Below, one piece after another: positions 28,988 through 38,807 of a stretch of 64,000 nt of DNA. This DNA comes from Longimicrobiales bacterium (GTDB lineage: Bacteria; Gemmatimonadota; Gemmatimonadetes; Longimicrobiales; Gaopeijiaceae), in the NCBI GenBank assembly GCA_965248195.1, contig CBDFIQ010000002.1:1120001-1184000 (forward strand). Reading direction: 5' to 3'. The position numbers and the translations under genes were made by a program. Positions within the stretch are counted from its first letter, which is position 1; each line of letters begins with the position of its first letter. The notes under the pieces were generated by a model that was given only the letters and a program-made list of their open reading frames with translations, was not told where the DNA came from and did not search any database.

Positions 28988-30043
28988 TCAGCGCGCCGTG
29001 TAGGTTCGGCTGAACCCGTTGCGGCTGTTCGTGATGGTGAACGTGCCGTCCTGGCTGACCGACGCCCGAATCCAATGACCGTTGCACTCAGCGGTCTCTT
29101 CCAGGTTCGCGATCATGTCTTCCGCCGTGTTGTGGGCCGGATCCGGATCGAGCAGCGAACGGTGGCCCTGCCAAATCCCTTCGATGCCCGGACTCTCCGC
29201 GATTCGGTCGTAGTGCGCCGTCGAGACCTCGCGAAAACCGGGTGATGTGCCCCCCAGCCCCTTCCGCGGACCGTTGTTCACGACGACGACCTGAGGCTTG
29301 ATCGCATAGAGGTGCGTCGGCGAGCCCGCGTCGTCCCAGGCTCCATGGCGACTCGTCTGATAGAGCGTGACCTCGCCCACCTTGTTGACGGGGCACGACA
29401 GCTCGACCTCCTTCGCCCAGTTCAAATCCCCGAGGTCGAGAAAGGTGAACCGGCCGTATGTGAAGAGTGCCCCGACGCTGCGCTGATTCTCCGGACTGGC
29501 CTGCGGTTTGTGTTCAGCCGTCACGCACAGCGTGTTTGATCCGCCGTCGTTGACGGGTGTCGTAACGAGTCGACCATCCGAGGCGATGACGTCGATCTCG
29601 ACTGATCCGAACGGGATCTTTTCGCCCGCCTCGACGGCGACTCTCTTGTCGCCGCAGACGCTGAGGTACACGTCGAGCCATTGCTGATTGCTCTCCTCGG
29701 TGGTGGTCCCATGGTCGAAGCATTTCTCGATCGGGATCATCTCGGCGAGCGCTTGAAGCCCGCCCACGTGATCCCGGTGGAAGTGCGTGATGACCAGGTA
29801 GTCTATCTTGGTCAGGCCGGCCTCTCGAGTCGCCGCGAGAATTCGCGATGCGTCCCGGTTATCAGCCCCGGGGTAGCCAGTATCGATGAGCAGCGATTCC
29901 TCGGTGGGAGACACAACCAGGGTAGCGGCGCCGCCTTCGACGTCCACCCAGTAGATGTCGAAGGTCGGCGACTGCGCCGCGGTTTCGACAGGGATGTACA
30001 ACAGCCCGATGAGCCACATCCAACGCACGCCTGGTTTCGACAT
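28988..30043 (-). CDS. Secreted MBL-fold metallohydrolase (ComEC/Rec2-like)
   Basis: WVDVEGGAATL, LIDTG, ITHFHRDHVGG, LGDL, SRHG. Confidence 0.88.
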   Translation of the reverse strand: MSKPGVRWMWLIGLLYIPVETAAQSPTFDIYWVDVEGGAATLVVSPTEESLLIDTGYPGADNRDASRILAATREAGLTKIDYLVITHFHRDHVGGLQALAEMIPIEKCFDHGTTTEESNQQWLDVYLSVCGDKRVAVEAGEKIPFGSVEIDVIASDGRLVTTPVNDGGSNTLCVTAEHKPQASPENQRSVGALFTYGRFTFLDLGDLNWAKEVELSCPVNKVGEVTLYQTSRHGAWDDAGSPTHLYAIKPQVVVVNNGPRKGLGGTSPGFREVSTAHYDRIAESPGIEGIWQGHRSLLDPDPAHNTAEDMIANLEETAECNGHWIRASVSQDGTFTITNSRNGFSRTYTAR

Positions 30044-30383
30044 GCTCAACTCCTTGTGTCGAGGCACCGATTCTACGGCAGGTGGCATGGCTCTTGATCG
30101 CCATAGCGGCCTCGTCGTCGGACGGGCGTCCTACGGGAGCGTCAGTCAGGCGGCGGGGCCAGCACCGGCCACCGGCAAGCCGATAACATGAAGCGCGGCC
30201 CGCGGACCCGCTAGATGCCGTGGACACGGATGTGACGCCCTTCAAGCAGAGACGGCCACCCCCATCGTTTCGGGCGCGGCCGTCCGGGGAGCTTGTGAAG
30301 CTGGCGGAGGAGCTCGAGGAGCGGGGGACGTTTTGCCCGCTGGCGGTCCGAGGTTCCTGAGACGACCCGCCCGTCCTGTACTT

Positions 30384-31022
30384 CTAGAAGATCGCTAATC
30401 CCAGATGGGTCTGGACCGAGAGGGTCCGGTTCTTCAGCGCGTCGGTCGAGATCTTGTTGATCGAGGTCATCCCGGTCGTGTACCGCACATCGAATCCAGT
30501 GTAGAGGATCCCGCCCAGGGCGAAGCTGATGCCGAGACCGGCCGTGCCCCCGATGTCGGTTTGCTTGAAGCTGGGTCCATTGACTAGCTGGTCACATTTC
30601 TGGGCGGTGGCGAGACCCTCAGTGAGGTCACAGCCGATCCTGAACCCGAAGGTCGGGCCAAGCACGAGGTGGACCGTGGCGGCTCCCGCGGACACGATCG
30701 GCATGCGGACGTGGACCGGTACTTCGATGTATTCGAGGTCGATGAGCCGCAAGACCTCCTGCTGCGTCGCCGGGTCTGTGAGGATGTCCTCGACACCTCT
30801 CTGAGACCAATCGGCTCCGAGGTTGAGGCCCAAGCCACCCATCGGAACGATAAGATCGATGCCGAAGACCATTCCGGCCTGGTTCGCGGCCCCTTGGAGG
30901 TCCGATCCGCCCAATGCGCCGCTCAACTGGGAAAGATTCATCCCGCCGGAGACCTCCAACTGCCCCTCAACCGGGAGTGCTGTAAGGGCCACGATCATGG
31001 CCACAAGATGAAGAGTTTTCAT
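30384..31022 (-). CDS. Outer-membrane beta-barrel (PorT/porin family)
   Basis: Signal peptide, LEYIEVPV, DVRYTTG, terminal Phe. Confidence 0.8.
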   Translation of the reverse strand: MKTLHLVAMIVALTALPVEGQLEVSGGMNLSQLSGALGGSDLQGAANQAGMVFGIDLIVPMGGLGLNLGADWSQRGVEDILTDPATQQEVLRLIDLEYIEVPVHVRMPIVSAGAATVHLVLGPTFGFRIGCDLTEGLATAQKCDQLVNGPSFKQTDIGGTAGLGISFALGGILYTGFDVRYTTGMTSINKISTDALKNRTLSVQTHLGLAIF

Positions 31023-31262
31023 GGTTCGCTTCCTGATAGAGTCATCAACAAATGGGCTGCGTATCGAGCGTGGAGCTCTATTTCCACGCTATCCGCGGTA
31101 AACGTACGGCGCAACGAAAAAAAAACGGCCTGAGCCTTGGAGCAGGAGTCCGCCCGCGAAACGGATCCAAAGACGTGCTCGTAGGGTTTAGAATAGCGTG
31201 AGGCGCTCGCCCTCTTCGGGGGCAGAGGCGCCCACGACGGACCATTGGCAAGGATGTGAATC

Positions 31263-31538
31263 ATGCTCGGGCTGCTTGGACTGGGTATCGCGGCGGCGGC
31301 GGGGATCGTTGGGCATACGAGAGCCCGGAGTTTCGTCGGACGCCGACTACGGTTTACGAGCCTCGTGGAGAAGCCGTACCTCGGCGTGGCGGCCGGGGTC
31401 ACGGCGACCGTCGTGGCGTCTCCGTTGGCCTGGCTTCCGCTGGTGAGCGTCGGCACGGCCATCGCCTTCGGGACCGGTGTCGGAACCGGTGCGGCGCTCG
31501 GCGCCAGGGACGCCAAGAGGCCTCTAATAGAAGATTGA
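31263..31538 (+). CDS. Small membrane protein
   Basis: Gly/Ala-rich hydrophobic segments; upstream of the kinase on the same strand. Confidence 0.6.
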   Translation: MLGLLGLGIAAAAGIVGHTRARSFVGRRLRFTSLVEKPYLGVAAGVTATVVASPLAWLPLVSVGTAIAFGTGVGTGAALGARDAKRPLIED

Positions 31539-31596
31539 TCTTTCTGGATCGGCGGGGCGACCTCGTGGCGTCGTCGCTTCCTTTTTAGCTTCGAAC

Positions 31597-33351
31597 ATGG
31601 AATCCAGCTCTGTCCCCCGTATGGGGCGGTCTCGATGGATCGCCGCTTTGGGCGTTTCCTTCCTCGCGCTTCTCGCGTTGGCACTCGTGCCGGCGTTTCT
31701 CGAGCGGCAGGAAGCTAGGCTGGAGCGGGAGCTCGCCGTGTTCTCCCAGGCTCGCCCCATGTTTCCCGAGATTCAGCTCGTCCATTCTCGAGAAATGATG
31801 CGAATCGAGCAGTATGTGAGCTCGGGCGACTCGAGCTTCGTCGGCCTGTATCAGGACCACCTCAGACGGGAAGGGCAACTTCTCGACGACCTGAGACGGG
31901 TGATCAGCGGGATGCCGCCGACCTACCGGGTGGAGCTGAGTCAGGTCGAGTCCCGCGCCAACGACTGGCGGGTGCTCCATTCACCGCTCATGGAAGCGGG
32001 TCCCCTCTCGACCGATCCTCTGGCGTTTCGCGAAAACATGGAGGATGACCGCGCCCGCTACGACTCCCTTCAGGCCGCGGTGCGGGCCTTCGAGGACCGA
32101 CTGGTCCGCGACGCGAGCTTGGTGGCCAGCCGTCTGCAGCGCCAACGCACGTGGCAGCTCTGGGTCACCCTGGGTGCCGTCGGCCTGGCCATCCTGGGCG
32201 TAGTCTCCATGGCTTACCTCGGCGCGAGTCTCCAGAACCTCGCCCGTGGTGAGACGCAACGCCGGCTGGAGACCGTAACGGCCCGTCGCGATCTACACTC
32301 GATCCTGGGAGGGACCGCCGATGGCCTGATCGGAGTCGATCAGAACGGAAGATGCACGTTCCTCAATGAAGCTGGGTCGACCTTGCTCGGTTACTCCCCG
32401 AGCGAGCTGCGTGGGGAGCCCGTACACAGTCGGATCCACCACACCAGGGCCGACGGCGGCGAGCTTTCGGAGAGTGAATGTCCCGTTCACCGCGCGTTGG
32501 GCTCCGGTGAAACCGTTCTCGTGCCGGATGACGTGTTGTGGCGCAAGGATGGAACGTCCTTCCCTGTTCAGCTCATCGTCAGTCCGATGATGGATGCGCG
32601 GGAGGTGCGTGGCGTGGTCCTCACGTTTACTGACATGACCGAGATTCGTGCGGCCGAGGCAGCACTTCGTGACGCGGTGAGAGCGCGGGACGAGGTGCTG
32701 GCGGTCGTATCCCATGATCTCCGGAATCCGATAGGCACGATCACGGCCGCGGCCGAGTTGTTGGCCGAGGTTGGGATGCCTCCGGAGCGGCAGGCGGAGC
32801 ACGTCGAGATTATCGCCAGGGCGGCCCATCGCATCAACCGGTTGATCCAGGATCTCTTGGACGTAGCCACGATCGAGAGCGGGCGGCTTTCGGTCCGAAC
32901 CAAGCGCGTGGACCTCGGTGAGCTCGTTGAGGAAGTCGGCTCTCAGATGCGACTTGGGGCCGACCTAGAGGGGGTCGACCTTTCGGTACGCGTCCCGGCG
33001 GAACTTCCAGCGGTGAAAGCGGACCGTGATCGGATTCTGCAAGTGATGTCCAACCTCGTCGGCAATGGGCTGAAGTTCACTCCGTCCGGCGGGGAGGTTA
33101 CGGTGGTCGCCGAGCGGGCTCCGGGCGGCGTATCGGTCACGGTTTCGGACACGGGCCCGGGAATTGAGCCCGAAATGAAGCAGCACCTGTTCGATCGGTT
33201 CTGGAGGGGACACGGATCCGGCTTGCGGGGCGCCGGGCTGGGTCTCGCAATCGTCAAGGGAATTCTTGAGGCCCACGGCACGCGGGTTGACGTGGAAACC
33301 GAGGTCGGCCGGGGGAGCGCTTTTTCGTTTACTCTGCCGACTGCGGACTGA
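31597..33351 (+). CDS. Membrane sensor histidine kinase with PAS domain
   Basis: Two TM helices, PAS (RKDGTSFPV), VSHDLRNP, NLVGNGLKF, DTGPGI, GAGLGL. Confidence 0.93.
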   Translation: MESSSVPRMGRSRWIAALGVSFLALLALALVPAFLERQEARLERELAVFSQARPMFPEIQLVHSREMMRIEQYVSSGDSSFVGLYQDHLRREGQLLDDLRRVISGMPPTYRVELSQVESRANDWRVLHSPLMEAGPLSTDPLAFRENMEDDRARYDSLQAAVRAFEDRLVRDASLVASRLQRQRTWQLWVTLGAVGLAILGVVSMAYLGASLQNLARGETQRRLETVTARRDLHSILGGTADGLIGVDQNGRCTFLNEAGSTLLGYSPSELRGEPVHSRIHHTRADGGELSESECPVHRALGSGETVLVPDDVLWRKDGTSFPVQLIVSPMMDAREVRGVVLTFTDMTEIRAAEAALRDAVRARDEVLAVVSHDLRNPIGTITAAAELLAEVGMPPERQAEHVEIIARAAHRINRLIQDLLDVATIESGRLSVRTKRVDLGELVEEVGSQMRLGADLEGVDLSVRVPAELPAVKADRDRILQVMSNLVGNGLKFTPSGGEVTVVAERAPGGVSVTVSDTGPGIEPEMKQHLFDRFWRGHGSGLRGAGLGLAIVKGILEAHGTRVDVETEVGRGSAFSFTLPTAD

Positions 33352-34429
33352 AGCCCAGCAACTGGCAGGAATTTCGGACGACCGACGCATAGTCGGGGAC
33401 GATGGCAAGCCGAATCTCATCCCCGGGGCCATAGCTCTCGGTGGTTGAGAGGTGGACGGTGATAGCGCGGTGTCCTCCGGCCTCAGTCGGCAGCTGAACT
33501 TCCGCCTCGACGGCACTCCCCGTATACGTCGTGGACGTAACGGAGCCCCGGAGCAAGCCGTCCGCGTCGGGAGCGAATCCCTCGGGCCGAACCGAGACCA
33601 TCACGGGCACGCCCTCCGGGAGCCCGGATCGATCCACGCGGCAAAAGGAACCGAAATCGGTCAGCACGCACCCGTCGACGCCTTGAATAAACCCTTGGAG
33701 CAGGTTCGTACGGCCCACAAACGTCGCCACGAAAATCGATTCGGGATGTTTGTAGATCTCCAAGGGCGTTCCGACTTGTTCGATTCTCCCCTGATTCATG
33801 ACCGCCACCCGGTCGGAGACGGCCAGGGCGTCCCGCTGGTCGTGGCTGACTAGAACACAGGTGATCCCGGCCGACCTGAGGCTCCCGACCACCTCGTCAC
33901 GAACGTTGTCGCGGAGATGCGCGTCCAGATTGCTGAACGGCTCATCCATCAGTACCACGACGGGCTCCGGGGCGAGCGCTCGAGCGAGCGCCACTCGCTG
34001 CTGCTGGCCTCCGGACAGCTCATGCGGGTATCGGTCGAAGTGGTGCGAAAGATCGAGAAGCTCCAGGACTTCTCGGGCGCGCCCGGGCCGTTCCGACTTC
34101 GGACGCCCGTGGAGCCCGAACATGACGTTTTCTCCCACCGACAAATGGGGGAAGAGGGCATAGTCCTGGAAGACCATGCCCACGCCCCGATGTTCGGGCG
34201 GAACCCAGTCGCCGTTCCCCGACACCGCGGCGTCGCAGACACGGATTGTCCCGTCATCCGGAGCTTCGAACCCGGCGATGAGTCTCAGAGTCGTGGTCTT
34301 ACCACATCCGCTGGGGCCCAGCAGCGTGAGGATCTCGCCCTCGCGGACATCGAGCGTTACGCCGGACAGGGCCTGAACGGGCCCCGGCCAATAACTTTTC
34401 CCTACATTTTCCAGGTCGATGACCGACAT
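33329..34429 (-). CDS. ABC transporter ATP-binding protein (FbpC/PotA class)
   Basis: GPSGCGKTT, VFQDYALFPH, LSGGQQQR, LMDEPFSNLD, TOBE-like tail. Confidence 0.93.
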   Translation of the reverse strand: MSVIDLENVGKSYWPGPVQALSGVTLDVREGEILTLLGPSGCGKTTTLRLIAGFEAPDDGTIRVCDAAVSGNGDWVPPEHRGVGMVFQDYALFPHLSVGENVMFGLHGRPKSERPGRAREVLELLDLSHHFDRYPHELSGGQQQRVALARALAPEPVVVLMDEPFSNLDAHLRDNVRDEVVGSLRSAGITCVLVSHDQRDALAVSDRVAVMNQGRIEQVGTPLEIYKHPESIFVATFVGRTNLLQGFIQGVDGCVLTDFGSFCRVDRSGLPEGVPVMVSVRPEGFAPDADGLLRGSVTSTTYTGSAVEAEVQLPTEAGGHRAITVHLSTTESYGPGDEIRLAIVPDYASVVRNSCQLLGFSPQSAE

Positions 34430-34443
34430 TTCGGCGCACGCGA

Positions 34444-34460
34444 TTGAGAATCGTTTTCAA
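34444..34460. promoter_or_regulatory. Fur-box-like palindrome
   Basis: TTGAGAATCGTTTTCAA versus consensus TGATAATnATTATCA, about 15 bp upstream of the ABC ATPase start. Confidence 0.55.
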
Positions 34461-34544
34461 CTCGTGTCCGATGGTAGCGGATTCCAGCCAGGAGTACAAC
34501 TGACGCCGGGGAGGCGGGGTGGGCTGTCGCTTGTGGCATTCGCG

Positions 34545-36194
34545 TCACGCCGGGGGCACCTTGTGCTCTGCTGCGAGCTCCCGATACGCTGCCAGTTCAC
34601 GGTTTCTCCGATCCGCGTCCCACCCCAAAGCTTCCGCCATGATGTCGGCTGCGGCATCCGCTGCGGCGAGCCCGAAGTTCGGGCTGAAAAGCAGGAGGGC
34701 GGCCCGCCGGTCCATGAAGTCGACGAGGGTGAGCGCCATCTCACGCTCCACGGCCAAGCGGACCTCACCCCTGAGCGCAGGTACTTCCGGGTGGAGTGGT
34801 TCCAACCAGGACCGATCGTCGTCGGCGAGAGCGAGCAGGTCGTCGAGTTGGTTCCCGTACAGCCAACAGAGTCGTTCCACGACCGCCGGCTCGACCCCGG
34901 ACTCGATCAGGTCCCGCGAACGCTCGGCGTGGTAGGCCTCGAGCCCGGCGGGACCGACAACGGCACCCGGAAGCGGAACCGTCGCGGTCCGCTCCGGGGG
35001 TCCGGGCGCGGGTCCGAGGTCGGGGTCGGCAAGCTTGAGGACCCGGCGCGCCATCTGCCGGTACGTCGTGAGCTTTCCGCCCGCCACGGTGATCAGCCCT
35101 GGAGGGGAGACCCAAACGGCGTCCTCACGGGATGTGTCGCGCGTGCTCTTGCCCTCTTCGCGAATCAGAGGACGAACGCCGGCCCATGTAGCCAGAATGT
35201 CGTCGTACCCGAGGTTCTGTTCCGGAAAACAGTTGCTGACCATGTCCAGCACCTCGTCCACATCGGATCGTGTGGCCCGGGGCCGGTCGAGCGACCCGTC
35301 GTATTCATCGTCGGTAGTGCCGACGTAAACGTAATCCAGGCGCCGCATCGCGAGGCCCCTCTTCCCATTCGTCGCACGCAGAAAGGTCGCCCCCTCGATC
35401 GGCAAACGTTCAGCCGACAGCAGGATGTGGATCCCTTTGCTCGGGATAAGCGAGAACTCGGCGTCGAGGCCGGCTTCTGCCAACACCCCCGCCGACCAAG
35501 CACCCGTTGCGTTGACAATCAGTCTAGCCGACACCTCCACCGTTCGGTCCTCGATCAAGTCCACTACGCGGCATCCGGTGACCCGGCCGTCCTTCATCCG
35601 CAAATCTTGGACGCGCGCATGGTTGACGACCGAGGCGCCGTGCTCGGCGGCGGACTGCGCGTTCTCCAGCGTGAGCCGTGCGTCGTCGGTGATGTACTCA
35701 GGGTATCGCACCGCGCCCTTGAGCGAATCGCGGAGGCCCGGGAGCTGTTCCCTGACCTCCGCCGGAGAGAGGTTTTCGTGTTTCTCGGGGCCTTTTGAGG
35801 CGGCCAAGAAGTCGAAGACCGTCAGCCCCGCCTGGATCTTGATCAGGCTTTCGCCACTGAAAACGGGGAAGACGAACCGGAGTTGATGGACGAGGTGAGG
35901 AGCAATGGTCCGTAACACCGCCCGCTCCAGTGCTGACTCCTTCACGAGTAGAAAGTGTCCGTACTCGAGATAGCGGACGCCGCCGTGCACGATCTTGGAC
36001 GAACGACTCGAGGTGCCGAAGCCGAAGTCCTCCTTTTCCACGAGCCCCACGGTCCACCCCCGGAGGGCGGCGTCCCGTGCGATGCCGCAACCGGTGATGC
36101 CTCCGCCAATGACGAGCAAATCCAGTCGTTCTTGGCCGAGCCGCGTGAGGGCGTCACGACGTCCGGCAAGGTTGAATTCCTGGGGAGGGGGCAT
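34545..36194 (-). CDS. glpD: FAD-dependent glycerol-3-phosphate dehydrogenase/oxidase
   Basis: IGGGITG, GTSSRSSKIVHGGVRYL, DDARL, WAGVRPL, GGKLTTYR. Confidence 0.9.
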   Translation of the reverse strand: MPPPQEFNLAGRRDALTRLGQERLDLLVIGGGITGCGIARDAALRGWTVGLVEKEDFGFGTSSRSSKIVHGGVRYLEYGHFLLVKESALERAVLRTIAPHLVHQLRFVFPVFSGESLIKIQAGLTVFDFLAASKGPEKHENLSPAEVREQLPGLRDSLKGAVRYPEYITDDARLTLENAQSAAEHGASVVNHARVQDLRMKDGRVTGCRVVDLIEDRTVEVSARLIVNATGAWSAGVLAEAGLDAEFSLIPSKGIHILLSAERLPIEGATFLRATNGKRGLAMRRLDYVYVGTTDDEYDGSLDRPRATRSDVDEVLDMVSNCFPEQNLGYDDILATWAGVRPLIREEGKSTRDTSREDAVWVSPPGLITVAGGKLTTYRQMARRVLKLADPDLGPAPGPPERTATVPLPGAVVGPAGLEAYHAERSRDLIESGVEPAVVERLCWLYGNQLDDLLALADDDRSWLEPLHPEVPALRGEVRLAVEREMALTLVDFMDRRAALLLFSPNFGLAAADAAADIMAEALGWDADRRNRELAAYRELAAEHKVPPA

Positions 36195-36195
36195 G

Positions 36196-36939
36196 CTATT
36201 CCGACTCCCGGCCAGCCCACGCGAGGAGCCGGTCGAGGTGGTCGGTCGTGAAGCCGGTGACGCCCGCTTGGCGCAGCCTTGTCGCTTCATCGGGCTCATT
36301 GACCGTCCAGGTCACAACGCCCACCCCCTCGTCCTTCGCGCGCTTTACCAGCGATGGGTCGTGCAATGCGATTTCATGATTCAAATCGAGGATGGCGGCC
36401 GGATCGGCGGCGGCGAGTGACAGCGCCTCGTCGAACAGGTCGGCGGTCACCACGATGAAACCGATACGGATGGCGGCGTCTCGCGCACGAACGCGTTCGA
36501 GGATACTCCAGTCGATGCTGATGAACGTGGTGCGACCGGACATTCTCCGGTCCCGAACAATGCCGACCATACTGTCGACATCCGAAGGTTCACGGATTCC
36601 CTTCACCTCGGGATAGATGTGATGTGCTCTGCCGGCGACGTGATCGAGAGCTTCGGTCAAGGTGGGGATCCTCTCACCGGCGAATCCCGGATCGAACCAG
36701 GCACCCGCGTCTAACATCCGCAACTGCTCGACTGTCTGTCGACGGACCGGCCCCTCACCGTCGGTTGTGCGATCCAGCGTCTCGTCATGAATGACCACGG
36801 GCGTGCCACAGCACGCCACCCGGACATCGAACTCCACGGCACGGGCGCCGGCCCTCAGCGCAGCCTCGATGGACACGAGCGTGTTTTCGGGAGCCCGCGC
36901 CGCGTATCCGCGATGTCCGATGATCTCGACGTCGCCCAA
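36196..36939 (-). CDS. Glycerophosphodiester phosphodiesterase
   Basis: IGHRG..PENT, VEFDV, HDETLDRTT, WTVN, TTD. Confidence 0.92.
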   Translation of the reverse strand: MGDVEIIGHRGYAARAPENTLVSIEAALRAGARAVEFDVRVACCGTPVVIHDETLDRTTDGEGPVRRQTVEQLRMLDAGAWFDPGFAGERIPTLTEALDHVAGRAHHIYPEVKGIREPSDVDSMVGIVRDRRMSGRTTFISIDWSILERVRARDAAIRIGFIVVTADLFDEALSLAAADPAAILDLNHEIALHDPSLVKRAKDEGVGVVTWTVNEPDEATRLRQAGVTGFTTDHLDRLLAWAGRESE

Positions 36940-36944
36940 ACGGC

Positions 36945-37289
36945 CTACTCGTCCGAGCTGGGCCCCGAGATCTGAGCCGGGCTTTGTGGTGGCGCCGCCA
37001 ACTTATCATCGAAATCGGCTGTATCAGCGATCCGCTGCGCACTCGACTCGATCGACTCCAACTGCTGCTCCATCAGCGCCATCCGACGCTCGAGAATAGA
37101 AACGGCGTCGTCACTATCTTTCCTGTCGAAAAATCGACTGAGGGCTTCGACCGTCGGCTTGAGCGCGAAGCGCGCCGTGATCCCGAGGACCGGGATGAGG
37201 ACGACGGAGATCCCCATGAACACGGCGAGGAGGGCCGTCAGATCGATGGGGAGGATCTCCTGGGCGGCGGCGAGTGCGGCGAATGTCAT
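36945..37289 (-). CDS. Small single-TM plus coiled-coil protein
   Basis: LLAVFMGISVVLIPVLGITARF then LERRMALMEQQLESIE; SD GGAG. Confidence 0.65.
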   Translation of the reverse strand: MTFAALAAAQEILPIDLTALLAVFMGISVVLIPVLGITARFALKPTVEALSRFFDRKDSDDAVSILERRMALMEQQLESIESSAQRIADTADFDDKLAAPPQSPAQISGPSSDE

Positions 37290-37552
37290 GCGAGATCTCC
37301 GGCCGGTGACGTCCTGGTGAGGTTGCCGAATGGATGTGATCGGGCGCCCGCGCGCAAGGCGCACCGGCGTTGCAACCATTACGCGAGTCAGGCCGTCGAA
37401 GTTTGCAGAACCGCGATCTCGAATTGAAAACTTTTGTGGGCATCTACTCGTACGGAGTTCGGACGGTTCGGCTGTTGGAGGAGCGGTAGCGACCAGGGAG
37501 GAAGCGCTGGCCCGGACGGGCCGTGTGTGACGAGGCGGGCCAAGGAGGCGAC

Positions 37553-38512
37553 ATGAGGGAGATGAATCGGGCGGCGGTGGTGGTCGGGATCCTAGTGGCA
37601 GGTGCGCTGACCCTCGCTCAAGCGAGAGAGGGTGACGCGATGACGAACGGGCTGGTCTGGGGATCGCAAAAGGTGGTGCAGGGTGCCCAGAGGGTGTTCG
37701 CTGGAATGAGCCGTGCCGTTGGCGGGCTCTTCTACGAGGATCGCGCGCGGGCTGCCTCCGCACCCACCTCCGCTCAGCGACGGAGTCGGGACGGATCGGC
37801 TCGAGAGGCGGCCGACTTCGTGTGGCGCGGAGCGGTGGGGACGGGACAGACAGTAGAGATCAAAGGCGTGAACGGGGACATCATCGCCGAGCGGTCTGCC
37901 GGCGGAGAGATCGAGGTTCGGGCCGAGAGAAGTGCGCGCCGAAGCGACCCGGAGGCGGTGCGCATCGAAGTCGTCGAGCACGCGCGGGGCGTGACGGTTT
38001 GCGCGGTCTACCCATCTTCTCGGGGACGTGAGAACACGTGCGAACCCGGATCGAGGGGCCGCAACAGCACCCGCAATAACGACGTCCGGGTGACCTTTTA
38101 CGTGAGTGTTCCGGAGGACGTCGGTTTCCTGGGCAAAACCGTGAACGGCGACGTGCGGGTGCACGATCTCGCCTCGGAGGTGGGCGCCGAGAGCGTGAAT
38201 GGAGACATCGAGATTTCCACCTCGGGCTTCGCCGAAGCGAGCACCGTCAACGGGTCCATCGACGCCGCCATGGAGCGGTACGACATCGCTTCGGGTTTGA
38301 GCTTCTCGACCGTCAATGGGAGCATATCTTTGGATCTTCCTGACGATGTCGACGCGGACCTGGACGCCAGATGGGTGAACGGGCGCCTCGAAACCGATCT
38401 GCCGCTCGAGCTGATCGGGAGAGTTTCACGCCGCTCGGCTCGGGGCGCTCTCGGCGACGGCGGTCCGGAGTTGAACCTGCGGACCGTCAACGGCTCGATC
38501 CACCTCTTTTAG
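37553..38512 (+). CDS. DUF4097-type beta-strand repeat protein
   Basis: Repeated (T/S)VNG(D/S)I motifs; SD AAGGAGG. Confidence 0.85.
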   Translation: MREMNRAAVVVGILVAGALTLAQAREGDAMTNGLVWGSQKVVQGAQRVFAGMSRAVGGLFYEDRARAASAPTSAQRRSRDGSAREAADFVWRGAVGTGQTVEIKGVNGDIIAERSAGGEIEVRAERSARRSDPEAVRIEVVEHARGVTVCAVYPSSRGRENTCEPGSRGRNSTRNNDVRVTFYVSVPEDVGFLGKTVNGDVRVHDLASEVGAESVNGDIEISTSGFAEASTVNGSIDAAMERYDIASGLSFSTVNGSISLDLPDDVDADLDARWVNGRLETDLPLELIGRVSRRSARGALGDGGPELNLRTVNGSIHLF

Positions 38513-38807
38513 GGGGATCACCGACCCACCCTTATCCCGACATCCCGTCGGTAGCCCCGGGCCTGAGGGCCCCTCCCTCTGGAGGCCCCGGGGCTTACTC
38601 ACTTGTGTAACAAAAACACTCTTAGTAGGGTACATCTTGCTGACTCCGTAAGTCGTTTCGAAGTTTGAGCTTGACCCGCAGCCTGCCTTGAGTAATTTTG
38701 CTCGGCTGTCGGTTTCGGATGTAACAGGATTTGGTACGCCGGATCGGCAGTGGGCCCAAAGAAGGCCTTTGGGAGCAGATAATTCAGGAACCCATCCAGG
38801 AGTAAGG

